A DNA stretch of 64,000 nt from NCBI GenBank assembly GCA_973895155.1, contig OZ316898.1, forward strand, positions 3,348,480-3,412,479, read 5' to 3'. Made by a program: the position numbers and the translations under genes. The notes below the pieces were generated by a model, which was given only the letters and a program-made list of their open reading frames with translations, was not told the DNA's origin and did not search any database. This stretch comes from Marsupella aquatica (taxonomy: Eukaryota; Plantae; Marchantiophyta). Positions 39,701 to 52,506 of the stretch are shown here, piece by piece (position 1 is the first letter of the stretch; every line of letters starts with the position of its first letter).

Positions 39701-40820
39701 GGGAAGAACGAGAAAGCATTACCGCGCAATCGAGGACCATTCATGTCATGGGCTCAATGAAAGGAAACGGTTATGCTTACCGAGATGGATACTGGGCTCG
39801 AGCAAGTCCGGAGAGCGAGTGCTAGTTGGAAGGAATGGAAGGCAAGGTGCGGGCGCTCATTGACACTAGCTCGAAGATCAACTTGATGGATCCAAAGGTG
39901 TTTCAAAAGGGGAATTGGCCGGTGGATAATGAGTTGCTTTGGAGTGTGAACTCGGTGAGTTCAATGAAGGACTATCTTTGGGGCGGATGTCCAAATGTGA
40001 TGGTGAAGTTCGGGAATGTCAAGCAGGCTTGTAACATTTTTGTTCATGAGCACTTGTCATTTCCGGTGATACTGGGCATGCCGTTCACTCGGCCGTTCAT
40101 CACTGAATGGAGGATGGAGACAAAGGTTCTGGATGATACTACCTTCATGGTGAAGGTTTGGGGCAAAGATGATAAGGAGGTGGTTCAGTTTCCAGCGGTT
40201 CTACCTGGAAATGAGAGGAACCGAAAGCGGCTGCGAGATCCAACAGCGGCAGAAGTTGGCATTGCTATGGGGGAGAACCAAGATGCTAAGATGGATCTAA
40301 GTGCAAAGTTCAAAGGGGAGCCAATTGCGGACCGAAAGATGGGGAGTCTAGTGTTCACGGAAGAGTGTTACTTAGGAGAGCTACTGGACATTGGGAAGTA
40401 TCTGAGTGACTTTGGGAAGCGGCTGAAGCAGGATGGTAAAGGGCTCGAAGACATTCGAGTGAATTCTAATAAGTTCGTTCTTAGAGAGGGCTACCTTTGG
40501 CGGAAACCTAAGGGCCCCATGCTAGTACCGAGGAGAGTTGTCGATTCTAAGGATGAGCAAAAGCGGATTTTTGAGGAAGTCTATGATGCTGAGGTCAAAG
40601 GTGGTTTAAAAGGAATAAGGGCGAAGGTCTGTGAGCAGATCCGAAAGGAGTATTGGTGGCCAGATTTGTATTGGGATGTTCAAGAGTATGCTGACAATCG
40701 AGGGATCTATCACAACTTGAAGAGGCAGATTCAAGAGCTTGATCTGATTGACTATCGAGTCGTTGACATACGGGAGAGAGTGAAGGTTTGCAAGGTGCGA
40801 ACTAGAGATGAAATGGACTC
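36708..40820 (+). mobile_element. Truncated, internally deleted Ty3/Gypsy LTR retrotransposon (5' LTR 36708-37518, PBS ~37520, gag-PR)
   Basis: TGTCATG...CACGACA LTR followed by TGGCGACC PBS; gag-like ORFs 37885-39515 with CMWCDNKEHDKREC knuckle; protease ALIDTSS in 39826-41067; YWWPDLYWDV pre-integrase-like segment; no RT/RNase H or 3' LTR seen. Confidence 0.75.
37600..37880. mobile_element. AT-rich MITE inserted between PBS and gag
   Basis: Outer TIR GGGGGGTTGACT / AGTTAACCCCCC and inner IR GGAACCACGTGCAATCC / GGATCGCACGTGGTACC around an AT-rich core. Confidence 0.65.
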
Positions 40821-41548
40821 AAGTTCTGGGCCGACTCAGTGCTCATGCCTAGGCCCTCAGGTCTCATCGCCGCTCGGGGCCCCCGACCGGCCTAACCCGG
40901 ATCGGGCCACAACTTGCGCCCCAAGCGTTCGTTGCCAATGGCGTCAACTCCATTGGCCTTGGGCCCAAGAGGAGCTCACACCCAAGCCCTCAGAACTCAA
41001 GGTCCATGTCGTGCGCATACATATCGCTACACAACATACATCGCTTGTCACATACATCCAGACATAGTCACACTGCCACATCACAAATACAAGAGAATGA
41101 AATACAAGTGGAACTCATGTCCACACATGTCCAAAACCCACAATAATCTCCATACAATCGGCACAACGATCTCGGTCAACAATACCCCATCGATCCCGCA
41201 CCGATCCGATCACACACGTATGTCAAGCCAACGCACCTTGCACTACTCAAGGAATCCACGTTACACAAGCGGAGCTCACAGCCACCATAGCCACACTCAA
41301 GCTCCTCTCTCTCCAAGGCTCAACATTGAAAGATGACCTTTCAATGCCTCACAAGTGAGAAGTACCCTCTCACACAAACCTGATAGAACCTTATCGGCTC
41401 CAATAGCACTCATACCAAACGTACATACTCTAATAGCACGATATACTACCACACTACTTAGAATGGTGTGACATCCATCCGGAGGTCCGGACGGCCATCC
41501 TTGAGCCCGGCCCATTTCCCCTTGACCCGACCAGCCATCGGCTAGTCC

Positions 41549-41892
41549 TGTTGAGCATAGATGACATTCGTAACAGCAAGTCCATGAACCATCCAACGCA
41601 CAATAGTCCACACAGAGAGATACGTGGTTCACCTCCACATGAGGCTACGTCCACGGGAACACACAAGAGCTTTACTGCACTCTAGGCCGACCGGCTATAC
41701 CAAGCATCCACAGCACAAGCTCTCCTTATCTCTCAACTAGCTCCATAACAATGAGCCTAAGTTCCACCAGGGTCTGGCATCAGCCTTGGCTATATACACA
41801 ACAACACTACCGCTAACATTAGCTAAGTCCTAACCCGAGTTAGCCTAGCTGTAGTTAGCTCATGAGTCACAAGACTAGAGCAATATCTAACA
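41549..41892. mobile_element. Solo LTR (344 bp) with TSD AGTCC
   Basis: TGTTGAGCAT...TATCTAACA flanked by AGTCC on both sides. Confidence 0.92.
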
Positions 41893-42751
41893 AGTCCAAG
41901 ACCTTAGTGTGTGCCCCCAGCTTGGCTCCTTGCCTTGTTAGTGCCACGTCTCATTGCCCACAAGTCTCCCTATGCTAAGTCCTCCCCGGATAGCCTATCC
42001 GGGCCTGGACCATAAGGGAGCTCGGCGTCGGAGTCAGCGATGCAGGAGCTAAGTGTTAAGGTAGTCGAGTTCCACGACTCGTTCCATCGCCAGAGTTTTG
42101 CAATCTCCCAAATCACATTGGAAAGCCTTGCATTGGAGTCTCGCGATCTTGCAATGTACTCTTTGGACTTCCCGCCATCTTAATTCTCAATGGGAAGAGC
42201 AATAAAATTATTGCCGATCTTCTGCCAAACACAGATTGCAACACTCCCTTCACTCGGCAAACCACTTTATTGGAAAACTAAACTCATGCATGGTTTGCAA
42301 AATTGAATGGCGGACCCAATAATATTATCGCCAGTACGTTCAAGAACTAATAGTTCCCTAAACCCCTAGACAGACTCCAACCAGTCTTGAGAGGGCAATA
42401 ATATTATCGGCTCTTTTTGGGAGACCTCTTACTAACTCCTCCCTTGTCCCTGATCTTCTCTCAGACGAGCAATGCTTAGGCCAATCAATTTAAACCACAC
42501 CTGCCCCTATAAAGGGCTACGGGTAACCCATAGCTCTCATTCTAAGGAGTACAAGTTCAGAAATGGATTTTGAGCTCCACAAAAGGTGCTGACTGCAAAA
42601 CCTTTTTTTGTCAAGTACTCCACAAAACATGCTAGTGTTCCACCTTTTATGGTGAGTAGTGAGACATGGAATGAGGCTTTTATAGTGGCAGGTGGGGTTT
42701 AACGGCTTTGCCTTGCAAATGGCTCTTATTAGCCCTCTACAAATTCTCTTA

Positions 42752-43095
42752 TGTTAGATATTGCTCTAGTCTTGTGACTCATGAGCTAACCACAGTTAGT
42801 CTAACTCGGGTTAGGACTTAGCTAATGTTAGCAGTAGTGTTGTTGTGCATATAGCCAAGGCTGATGTCAGACCCTGGTGGAACTTAGGCTCATTGTTACG
42901 GAGCTAGTTGAGAGATAGGGAGAGCTTGCGCTGTGGATGCTTGGTATGGCCGGTCGGCCTAGAGTGCAGTAAAGCTCTTGTGTGTTCCCGTGGACGTAGC
43001 CTCATGTGGAGGTGAACCACATATCTTTTTGTGTCGACTCTTGTATGTTGGATGGTTCATGGGCTTGCCGTTGCGAATGTCGTCTATGCTCAACA
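42752..43095. mobile_element. Solo LTR (344 bp), inverted relative to the 41549 copy, with TSD TCTTA
   Basis: TGTTAGATA...ATGCTCAACA flanked by TCTTA on both sides; near reverse complement of 41549-41892. Confidence 0.92.
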
Positions 43096-46000
43096 TCTTA
43101 CACTGATTGTCGTGATTTCTAAGGGGAATGTGAATTTGCATCAAATGCCTCTCTGCGTCCAATCCATGGGCCCATGTCTAATGAAAAAAAGAAACCAATT
43201 AATGGGAGCTATTAGTCATTATATAGTTTTTAGCGATAACCATGGTTAGTTTAGTGATAACCCTGGTCAAGTTAAGGTTAACCCAGGCATGGTTAAGGCA
43301 TCGTCAACTGCGTGGTTTTGATGGAATTCCCCAAAAGGTATCCAGGAATTACTACACAACACACTGGGAAATTTAATTCCCGGCGGCAACATGGGGGTTC
43401 CATTTCAAATTAGCGCTAGGAGAAGGTCCTATTTTCAAAAGTGGGAATGTGTGCAATTCTATCACTTTGCGCCTTCTCCTACTTCTTTGTTAAGATGATA
43501 GGAGAACCTCAACAAATGGGAGTATGTCCCACATGGGAAAGGGGTAGATCTGCCTTAATTAGTGTATTCAGGCTCAGGCACTGCCCTTAAAGGGCCACTG
43601 TCCATGACAAAACCTGGATCCACCAGGTTAGAACTTTTTTCTTGAAAGTGTGGAGCAAAGTGTTGGAAATCTGAGACTTGCGCTGTCTCAGGATTCTCCC
43701 ACCATCATGCCAACTGCCTCAACCATTTAGTAGAGCCGTCGCCACACTGTAATTAATTTGCTTACGGTTAGTCATTTAGTATTAGTCCAGTTACCTAATT
43801 ACTGTTGGCCATTAGTCGCTTGGGACAAAACCCACTTAGGATACTCTACCTCCGCTGCCGCTCATCGCCTCTGTTCGTCACTTCTGGTGGATCTTAATCC
43901 ATGGCTCTTACTCTTTCTGGCTCTCAACGGTCTGACGTTAATACTGTATATAATCCACCTCGCTTCCGAGGACTAATCAAGCATTCTCAGAAATTCCTTC
44001 ACAAAGTCTTTAGGGAGGTTTCACCATTTTTAGAACTTTTTTCCTGAAAGTGTGGAGCAAAGTCTCACCCTAGAGGAGAGAAATGTGAAAAAGTGATAAC
44101 TATTGGACACTTCTCCTTTTATATGGACATGGACAGTGGTGGTTACTCGATCATCGACAATGCCAGTATAGAAGCTTTTATACAATGCTTCTATACTGTG
44201 CCATTGTAGATGATCGAATAACCAACTTCAAAGGCAAGGGGTGCTGTTCATGCATAACTTCCTTAATCATGGCCATGGCCGTAACAATCTCGCAGTAACT
44301 GGAGAGAGGCAACAAACAAGTCCAGAACAGAGTAGTGTCCATTGTCGTAACAATCTGTCACCAATAGGAGAGAGGCATGCAACTCACAGCTTCCGAACAG
44401 GGTAGTGTCCAAGAAGGAAAAAACGCATAGTTGGGTTCAACGCTATTATGGATGGAACGGAAAGGATCGTGCACTTCAGATCTAGACACACATATATGGT
44501 ACCAGGAAAAACTTTACAGTCCTTGCCGTTCCATCCGAGGGCTATTCAGGGATCTTCGTTACCACGTACTGATTAATTATTGAGCGGATGTCCGTGCCTA
44601 CCAAATTAAACGCCTCCATAAAAGTCGTAACAGATTCCCTTCCAAAGGGATACATGCATAACTCGTCCTCTCTAGTTATCGCACAAATACGCTTTCATCT
44701 TTGATTCACAAGAAGGTCTTGCAGCTTCTTGTCTTATGTTTGCAAATAAAGTCAGGTCCAACGTAAGGTTTCCTGAATACGCAAACGGAGATGCGTTCCA
44801 CTGAATCTCCCGACAAATTCAGAATCTAGACTGCATCAATTTACACAGCCAGGTGCTCTTTCAGTGGAATATTTTGATGAATCCGATATGACGTCCGATG
44901 AATATTCTTCATGTGATGGAAGCTCTGAGCTTCGTAAAGAACGTACGTGGATTGAAGCGCTCAGACACAAGTTCTTTTTTTTCCTTGAAAACCGAAAGCA
45001 GGCCCATCCGAAAGCAGGCCCATCCAAGAGAGGATAGACGTTCTTGACAACGTTGACTATCTCAACTTTAAACACATCACAAGCGCTTGTCTTTGAGCAA
45101 GTGGGATTTTACAGCAAAACGCCAACTATGGGTTCAGCCATTCACTCTCGTAAGATCAGACATGATCCCGAATTCCAATGCACGTTCAGTAAAAAGACGG
45201 CGAGTCACCGATAATATATGAAGTATATCTTTAGCAACACCAAATTAAAGGGAGACATGAGGAAACCGTACCCCTGGTGTAGGCAAACTCAATACCGTCG
45301 GAGATGCTTAGGCAACTGGTGAACCGAGGGAGAGAAAGAGTACCTGGTTTGAAAATACTTTCAATAAGACTAAAGAACACTCCGAACACTAAACGAAACG
45401 AACCCTCAGGTCCATTTGGTCACAAACCACAATATATTACTTTGAGTCCAGGGTTTCACTCGATCATTCAGTATAAAACAATGATGAAGGTTCAAGTGGC
45501 AATGCATGATTTGGCATCCCAAAAATGTAATTCAGATTACATTAGAGAAAGAGAGCATGTTTTCAATCAATCTTCACCTATGTATGTTCTATGCATATTT
45601 CGTACCTGGGTGAAAGAATTGTGAACGAATATCAGTTCACATGCACGAGACCTTACGTTTGGGGTTACTCTATTTGCGAAAGCATCAACAGGAAACTGAA
45701 AGACCTTGTGAAGCAAAGACAAAGAGAAGAGAGAAGAGAAGTCGTGCCAGAAGAGAGAAACAAATTAAGCATGCATCGCTGCATTAACGAGGGTCAAAAC
45801 CTGTGAATATTTTGGTGGGGGCGAATATCTGCTCGGATATGCTTAGGAATGACGAACAATTACCTTGGTGCAAACGGAGGTGCTGCCCTGGATGTCATTT
45901 AATTGGTGGCATGTGTCAATACAAGGCAAACGAAATAACTATATAACGGCACGGAGCTGAAAAATTTCCCATTCAGTTCCAGTGTTGTGTGATCCGATTG

Positions 46001-46109
46001 CGCCTAAGCATTTGATCGGTTCGATCGCTCGCTGCTTCCGCATTGTGACACACTGCTCTGACTAGGCAGTAGCGTTTCGGTTTTCCAACAGCGAGCGCCT
46101 AAGTCTAAC

Positions 46110-46457
46110 ATGGCCGTTTCGGGTTTTATCCTCTGGGCCTATGCCTCTGCGCTTCTTCTCTGTTTTGTGGGAAGTGCCAACTGCACAGCGACTTACACCT
46201 CTGTCGGTTACTATAGTGACAACAACGATGCTATTTTTATCAATGCCAACCTTGATGACAATGACCTGAAAGGTGTGTGCACTCTTTCAGCAGCGCCGTG
46301 GCCTGGGCAACAAGGCACACTGTCGATGGACTGTGGTTCTTCCGGCTACTCTGTATCTCTTTACTATACTCAGGCTGATATTAACGGTTTTATAGGAACA
46401 ATCGTGACTGCAGTTGTTCGTCCCGTAATAAGCCTATACAAAACCCTTTCAAGCTGA
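46110..46457 (+). CDS. Small putative secreted protein of unknown function (115 aa)
   Basis: Hydrophobic N-terminal signal-like peptide ending ...GSANC; ATG in AACATGG context; TATA-like CTATATAA at ~45939; AATAAA shortly after the stop; no recognised domain. Confidence 0.55.
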   Translation: MAVSGFILWAYASALLLCFVGSANCTATYTSVGYYSDNNDAIFINANLDDNDLKGVCTLSAAPWPGQQGTLSMDCGSSGYSVSLYYTQADINGFIGTIVTAVVRPVISLYKTLSS

Positions 46458-46732
46458 TTTTGAGAGTTCAAATAAAAGGGAGGAGAAGATGTGGCAATGG
46501 GAGCGCAGGCTATGACTTGTGTGGCATGTTGCTAATCTAAACTTTGTCTCCATCAAGTTACTGCGAATGTCACATTGACTCGAACTCAAGTTACGTATAA
46601 TTCGAAGTTGGTTATTATGACATCAAATTGGCTGCTTAATATCCTGGAGAGGAACAAAACTATGGTGGCATTGGCAACAGAGTGTCGAAGGGTTGGAACC
46701 TGGGATGCGCTTTGCCTACTTCCTATTTTTTG

Positions 46733-49700
46733 TTACGCAGATGGGGGAGCTACCTCTGACAAAAGTCGGGCAATTGATGATCCCAATCTCCGCACCTCCC
46801 AATCGCTGGGTTCACTTGTAGGCTTCTCATGTCTCATCTTACCTGCACCACTGAATCCTGCCGACCCAGGACTATACTTTGCTATGCTGGGACTTGTTGT
46901 TCCACACAAGCTCTCTTCATCGCTTGATACATCATCCTCAAAAGTTGCTTGAGTATTTCCGTTCTTTTGCGCTTGGCACGTCGCTCCAGGCGTATCCCCA
47001 TCCCTTTTGCTGGATAGGCTGGGACTTTCTGCACTGTTCTCTACCGCCCCGTTGCTCTGTTCTGGGTGTAACCCTCCCACACCATCTGGCTGACAATGGC
47101 CTTCAGAAGAACACACAGAAGTACTCCTCGTCTGTAGAAGCAGATGGATCCATGGTCAATGGTAGAACTTCGACACTGAGACAGACAGTTCACATTGCTC
47201 CGTCTGACTAATGGTAATCCGAGTATACCCTCACAAGAACTAGTAAAAGCACAGAAGGCACAGAGGACGTTGTGCTGGACACAAACATCGTGACCATATG
47301 TCATGCGAGGCGTGGCCATACTATCTTCTTTTGATAAACGTCACCCATCATGCAGTGTCCCACACCTCAACAAGCAGATCTGCCTGTGTTCCATATGACA
47401 TTGCAGATGGCTTACCGATGTATCAATTCGCCTCAAGATAAGGAGGTCAATATTTGGGTGTTGGTACTTTGGATCCATCTGTTTCAATTAACCAGGGCAG
47501 TTGACGATGAGTTTCTTTGACGGTGACCTCGTGTAAAGCAACTTGTAAAATGGGCCCTTGCACATGCAAGACATCAAAAACATCTCTAAAGCAAGCTCAA
47601 ACGATAGGTTGAAGCAATAGAATTCATGCTGAATATTGTAACATTTTTCCAGATAGTAACAAATGTGGAGATATCCCGACAACCTGATAAGTTCAAATTG
47701 CATACATGGACACATCTTAGCAACTCGAGATCAGACTGCCAATAGTGAATAATTGGGTGTACCAACACTGTCCGAAATAGAGGACTACTCGAGAGACTTC
47801 CTTAAATTGGTTGGGTTCAAACCTTAGAATGGGACACCTTTTTCACATGGAAGTGTTTCTGACACAGCTCATGAAGCTGTTCACGAACTCCACTTGACCT
47901 AAATTCATAACCTAGCTGCAATACACAAACACTCATGTCGTCAATAGCGGCAGATTGATATCTTTTATTGCATTCAAGGTATCCACCTAGGCAGATCAAC
48001 TGTCAAAACAGCTCAAAGTAAGATGACCCTGGATTAAGAGTTAAACAGATCTCTGCAACAGATGAAATTATTGCCAGCCAGTTTGGATGACGAGGAACTA
48101 TTCCACAGGAGCATTAATGTTCGAGATGGGAAAAGAGCATCTCGAACGAAGATGACATAATATGATGTGTCCGGAACAAACCAGAACAGTAGTTTTTGGC
48201 CCCGCTAATGCAAGTATGGTCGCCATCAAAGGCTCCAAAAGATGCTCCACGTAAACCTGACAAACAGGCTCAATCAAAGCTTTGGATGAAGTTGTGCATA
48301 GATAGAAATTTCATGCCCCTTCAAGAAAGTCAGTACATCTCTGGGATGAGATTCAATCAATATTGGGAAAACAGGTGAGACAAGCACAGGGACTCATTAT
48401 TTCTGTAATAAAATGTCCCAGGGAGAAAACAGAGTGAAACATGAGCTACTGCGATATACAGGGGAACTGACTGAAGAAACTGTGTGTTTCTACCTATGTC
48501 AACGTTGTGGTACATCTAGACATTCCTTCTCCAAAATTATAAAATATGAGTACAATTTTTCTATCAGAACAGTCTGAAAGAGAACTCACCACGTCTGTGC
48601 CTATAATGTAATCAAAGGGTGGTTCAACTGCAGCTATGTGGTCGTCATTCCCCCAGTCCAGCTCAGCAATCTCCACATTACCGATCGATCCTGAAACGAA
48701 TAGCCTTGATATGAGCTTTCTACTTCTTAAATAGTTGCACACGGTCAAGTTACAGATTAACTTCATTTCGAACAGAGCTCAAGTTAGACCAAGGTGTAGG
48801 GAAAACTGCAGAGTTTGGCTTCTGTTGTCCCCATGCCAGTGGCAATGAGCGGGAATGACATGCAAAGATACTGAGCAGTGGATATCAACTTAACTTGCAG
48901 CTTTACCTAATTTAACAGTGTAACCACTGAACCCTCTTCGAAAGACGTACACTTTGCCATCCCTGAGATTCAGAAAACACTCCCTGCTTCAAAGGAAAGG
49001 TGATCAACTCAAAACTACATTAATAATGTTAAGGCTATGGACAAAGGGATTTGAAGTTAAGAGTAGGTAGTACCTAAATAAGAGTTCTCTGAAGCTGTAT
49101 ACTTTGCCCTGGACAGGTTGCGTTCAACGTTCCTTAGCAGGATTGGTAAAACTGCAACCTGGTCCGTGACCACCACGTTACATCCAAGAAGCGCCATACC
49201 TGTCATTATGTCAGGTTAGTCATTGTAACAATGGTTGACTAGATACGTGGCAACAATATACAAAGATTGAGTTGTGAATCAGTCAGGAGATGGAGCAGAA
49301 AAGACTGGATAAATTGCGAGACCAGAAGAGGCCTCGCAGGATTGATAAACTAAATCATCCTCGTGCGAAGCTACAGCAGAATAGGAGCACAATATCCGCG
49401 AACACTAGAAAATTGAAGGGGCAGTCTACGGTTCGAGGAAAACGATCTCAAAATTGTTGAAGTAACCCAGTAACTTGTAGACAGCTATTTTGGAAAGCCA
49501 AGGATCACTCCTCGATCTGAACAATGAGCTGCAGTCGTTCCAGCGAATGCAATAACGAAGACTGTTACAAATGCAGCTATAAACAGGCCTGCTATAACAT
49601 GACACTGGAGATGGTGAGCGCAGTTCCTAATATCCGCTCTTACGAGCATTTTCAGAAAGGCCAGCACGTACGATCTTAGGCCCCACCATAGAAGTACTGC

Positions 49701-50819
49701 TGTCTCGATTACACAAAAATAAATAAAACAAGAAATAATCAACTCTTCCAGACTGGCCATTTATACTCCGATGCAGTTTTGCTAACCATCTGGTTGATTA
49801 ATGAATGTTGAAAATTCAGCCATTCAATATAACAAATTCCGGGCTGACGGCAATCAGTATCTATCACATGTCATGACTTGTCCACTCATTCAATCTTGGA
49901 GGAAATGCACTTTGGCAAGGACGTAAAAATCAACATACTCACCAATGCCGGCGAGCCCACATCCAGCACCAAGTTCAATTACTCGTTTCCCGCTCATCTT
50001 CGCTCGGCTGAACTCTCCCTTTCTACTGCTCCGTTCCTGTTCAATAAGCGAAACATAAGCACGATGCTACAAAGCAAAACTGCTCAAATTATGTAGAGAG
50101 TCTAGATACTCATTTTTCAAGTGATGACGGGATAGTGCAACTCGAAAGGTTCCACATAAAGGATCACTTGTCCCAACTGCAGCTAAATTCTGAAGCTAGT
50201 GCGACAGTCACGATTGAATGACTTTCCTGACCAATGCTATGGACAACATAGCCAGCAAAAACCTTAAATTGCAACTCGTTCCAAACTTTAAAAGCATTGC
50301 GGTGGGAGCCATCACATACCATGAATTTTGCAAAAACCAGGGAAGAATCCCACACGATTGTCCCTAGATGTTTTGAATTCGGATCCTGGGACGATAGTTG
50401 CATGCCTTTCGTTAACAATTTTAGGAGAAAAGAGGTTGAAAAATAAACAATTCGGCTTCAAACAAAGACAGCTGGGGACTCTATCTAGAAATGAAAGTAG
50501 GGACCTGAGATAAGAACAGATTGTGGCCGAGCACGTCAATTTCGAAAGACGACATGTGTGGAGTATTGAATCTGCACAGAGACACAAAACCAAATAGCAG
50601 ACTCTCTTCGTCAGGCTTCACGCCAACAGGACGCATTACATCTTCCACCTCCCTATTCAAGAGAAAAAATCTACAGAAACCTGTTATTTACTCAGAAATT
50701 CCCTTTCACATATCTGTCAGTGACCAGCGACTGGACTCACAATCGCCCACCCAGCTCAAACAATGAGAAAATAGGAACCAATACAGTGAACAGGCAGCGC
50801 ATCCTCACCTGTCCTCCAT
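46733..50819 (-). CDS. METTL21-like / Methyltransf_16 SAM-dependent protein-lysine methyltransferase, ~10 exons
   Basis: Spliced peptides MEDR|FNTPHMSSFEIDVLGHNLFLSQ|DPNSKHLGTIVWDSSLVFAKFM|...GKRVIELGAGCGLAGI|...ELDWGNDDHIAAVEPPFDYIIGTDV|VYVEHLLEPL...|LGYEFRS...|MDPKYQHP...|...SDWEVRRLGSSIARLL. Confidence 0.9.
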
Positions 50820-51232
50820 TGTCTTTACAATCTTATCAACTCGAATTGTCCAGCTGCAGCAGCCAACGAGACTTCGATAAACTTACAAATCCTCCGACAA
50901 TTGAATTGCGGCTGGCACAAATCAAACCTCAGTTGCAAAACCCAAAACCCTCAACTGCAGCAACACGAGCCTGCAAGATCACATCAGAACCAAAGCCGGC
51001 GTTTTGTTGCAGCAGGATTCGGACTGAGCTGCAGTAATCCTTTCCTCGCCCAAGAGCAGCACAGATCCGATTCACTAAGAATGGAGGGTTTTCAATTCTC
51101 CCCTTCACTTGTTTTCTTGTTTCGCCAGCATGCAAGGCAACCTCGAATGTGGGAAGACGACCAATCGGAGGTCATCTCTGGAGGCTCCAATTTTGAGACT
51201 GAAATCACCGCTTTGGCAGCTTTATACACTAC

Positions 51233-51673
51233 GGTGAACGGAGGAGTGCCGTGCCAGAAGCTCCCTTGGTGCTTTTTTACTGAGGGCACTTTGGGGCAAG
51301 GTTCCATGGAGGGTTGGTCTGTGGGTACAGATACTCCCACTCCCTCTAGATAGAGGGTGCACTGGTCCAGAGTTTATTTAGTGGAAAAAATTTGCAAAAT
51401 TCCACTAGTGGCACAAGTTTACTACTATTGGCTAATTTACCACTTTGGCAGATTCACACATTAGGGTGAACGGAGGAGTGGCCGCTTGTTATGTCAGAAG
51501 CGACCTTGGTGCTTGTTACTGAGGGCACTTTGGGGCATGGTTCCATGGAGGGTACGTCTGTGGGTGCAGATACTCCCCCTCCCTCTAGACCGGGGGTGCT
51601 GTGGTCCAGTATTTCTTTAGTGATCAATATTTGCCAAATTCCACCTCATTGACAACTTTTCACCACTATTGGC
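51233..51673 (+). repeat. Degenerate tandem duplication, ~232-bp period
   Basis: GGTGAACGGAGGAGTG...TACTGAGGGCACTTTGGGGCA.GGTTCCATGGAGGGT...CAGATACTCCC.CTCCCTCTAGA...CTATTGGC at 51233 and 51465. Confidence 0.85.
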
Positions 51674-52506
51674 AAAAATTGGCCAGGCCTTTTATCTTGG
51701 ATTAGCAAGTTTCCTACCTAGCCACAGTCCCCAATAGCCAGAATCTGACCCTTATCCTTGAATCTAGAAAGATCTAACTATAATGAATTAATCTGTGGAA
51801 ATTAGTTAAGAAATATTATTAGCATCTTTTCCTTACCCTCATGTAGGTCTGTGGCTCTCCCAAGGATTTAAAACATTTGTGAGACAACTGCACCAGCAAC
51901 TGCCATTAGCACATAGTTAGGCTTTCAAGAAACTAGCCCCAGTATCCCTTGTTGATGTAAAGAGAGGTGAAGCTAACAAGGGATATGTAAAGAATAGTTT
52001 ACTAAAAACTTATGCTACCAAGGGCTTTGCTAGTTTGCATCAAGCTTTATAGTATAAACTAGCCTGAGTGCCCAAGCTTGCTCATAAATAGATGGTGAGT
52101 TAATACCATCACGGCTGTTTCCAGTTCACCCCAACCATAGCCACGCTGTAGAAGCACCATCTAGAGGCATCACTCTAGATCCTAAAACCATATCCTTGCT
52201 TGATCCTAGCTTGGTCCTAGTTTATTGGATAGTTGTAACAGATTTCTGGCTTGTGCCGGCCCTGCCATGCTAAATAGTCATTGTCTGCTTGTCGTGACAT
52301 ATAGTATCGTAGCCATAGTGTATCGAAAACATACAAGTCACCAGCAATGCATATGTGCAAGCTGCTAGCAACCAACATCCTGAGAAAAAAGTCCAATCAC
52401 ATTCACAAGTGCCAAGAAAAAGCAACTAAGATGGTATGTACGTAGTGGAGGTGTAAACCTCTGTATCCCCCCCCAGACCACAGTCAAAAGGAGGGCTGAA
52501 GAAAAT

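Noticed and set aside
41549-43095. The two inverted LTR copies as the TIRs of a single DNA transposon
   Set aside because: Each copy has its own distinct 5-bp TSD, so they are independent insertions
43629-44064. ~34-bp direct repeat (TTAGAACTTTTTTC.TGAAAGTGTGGAGCAAAGT) ~400 bp apart
   Set aside because: Real, but no element features were recognised in between; treated as a local duplication
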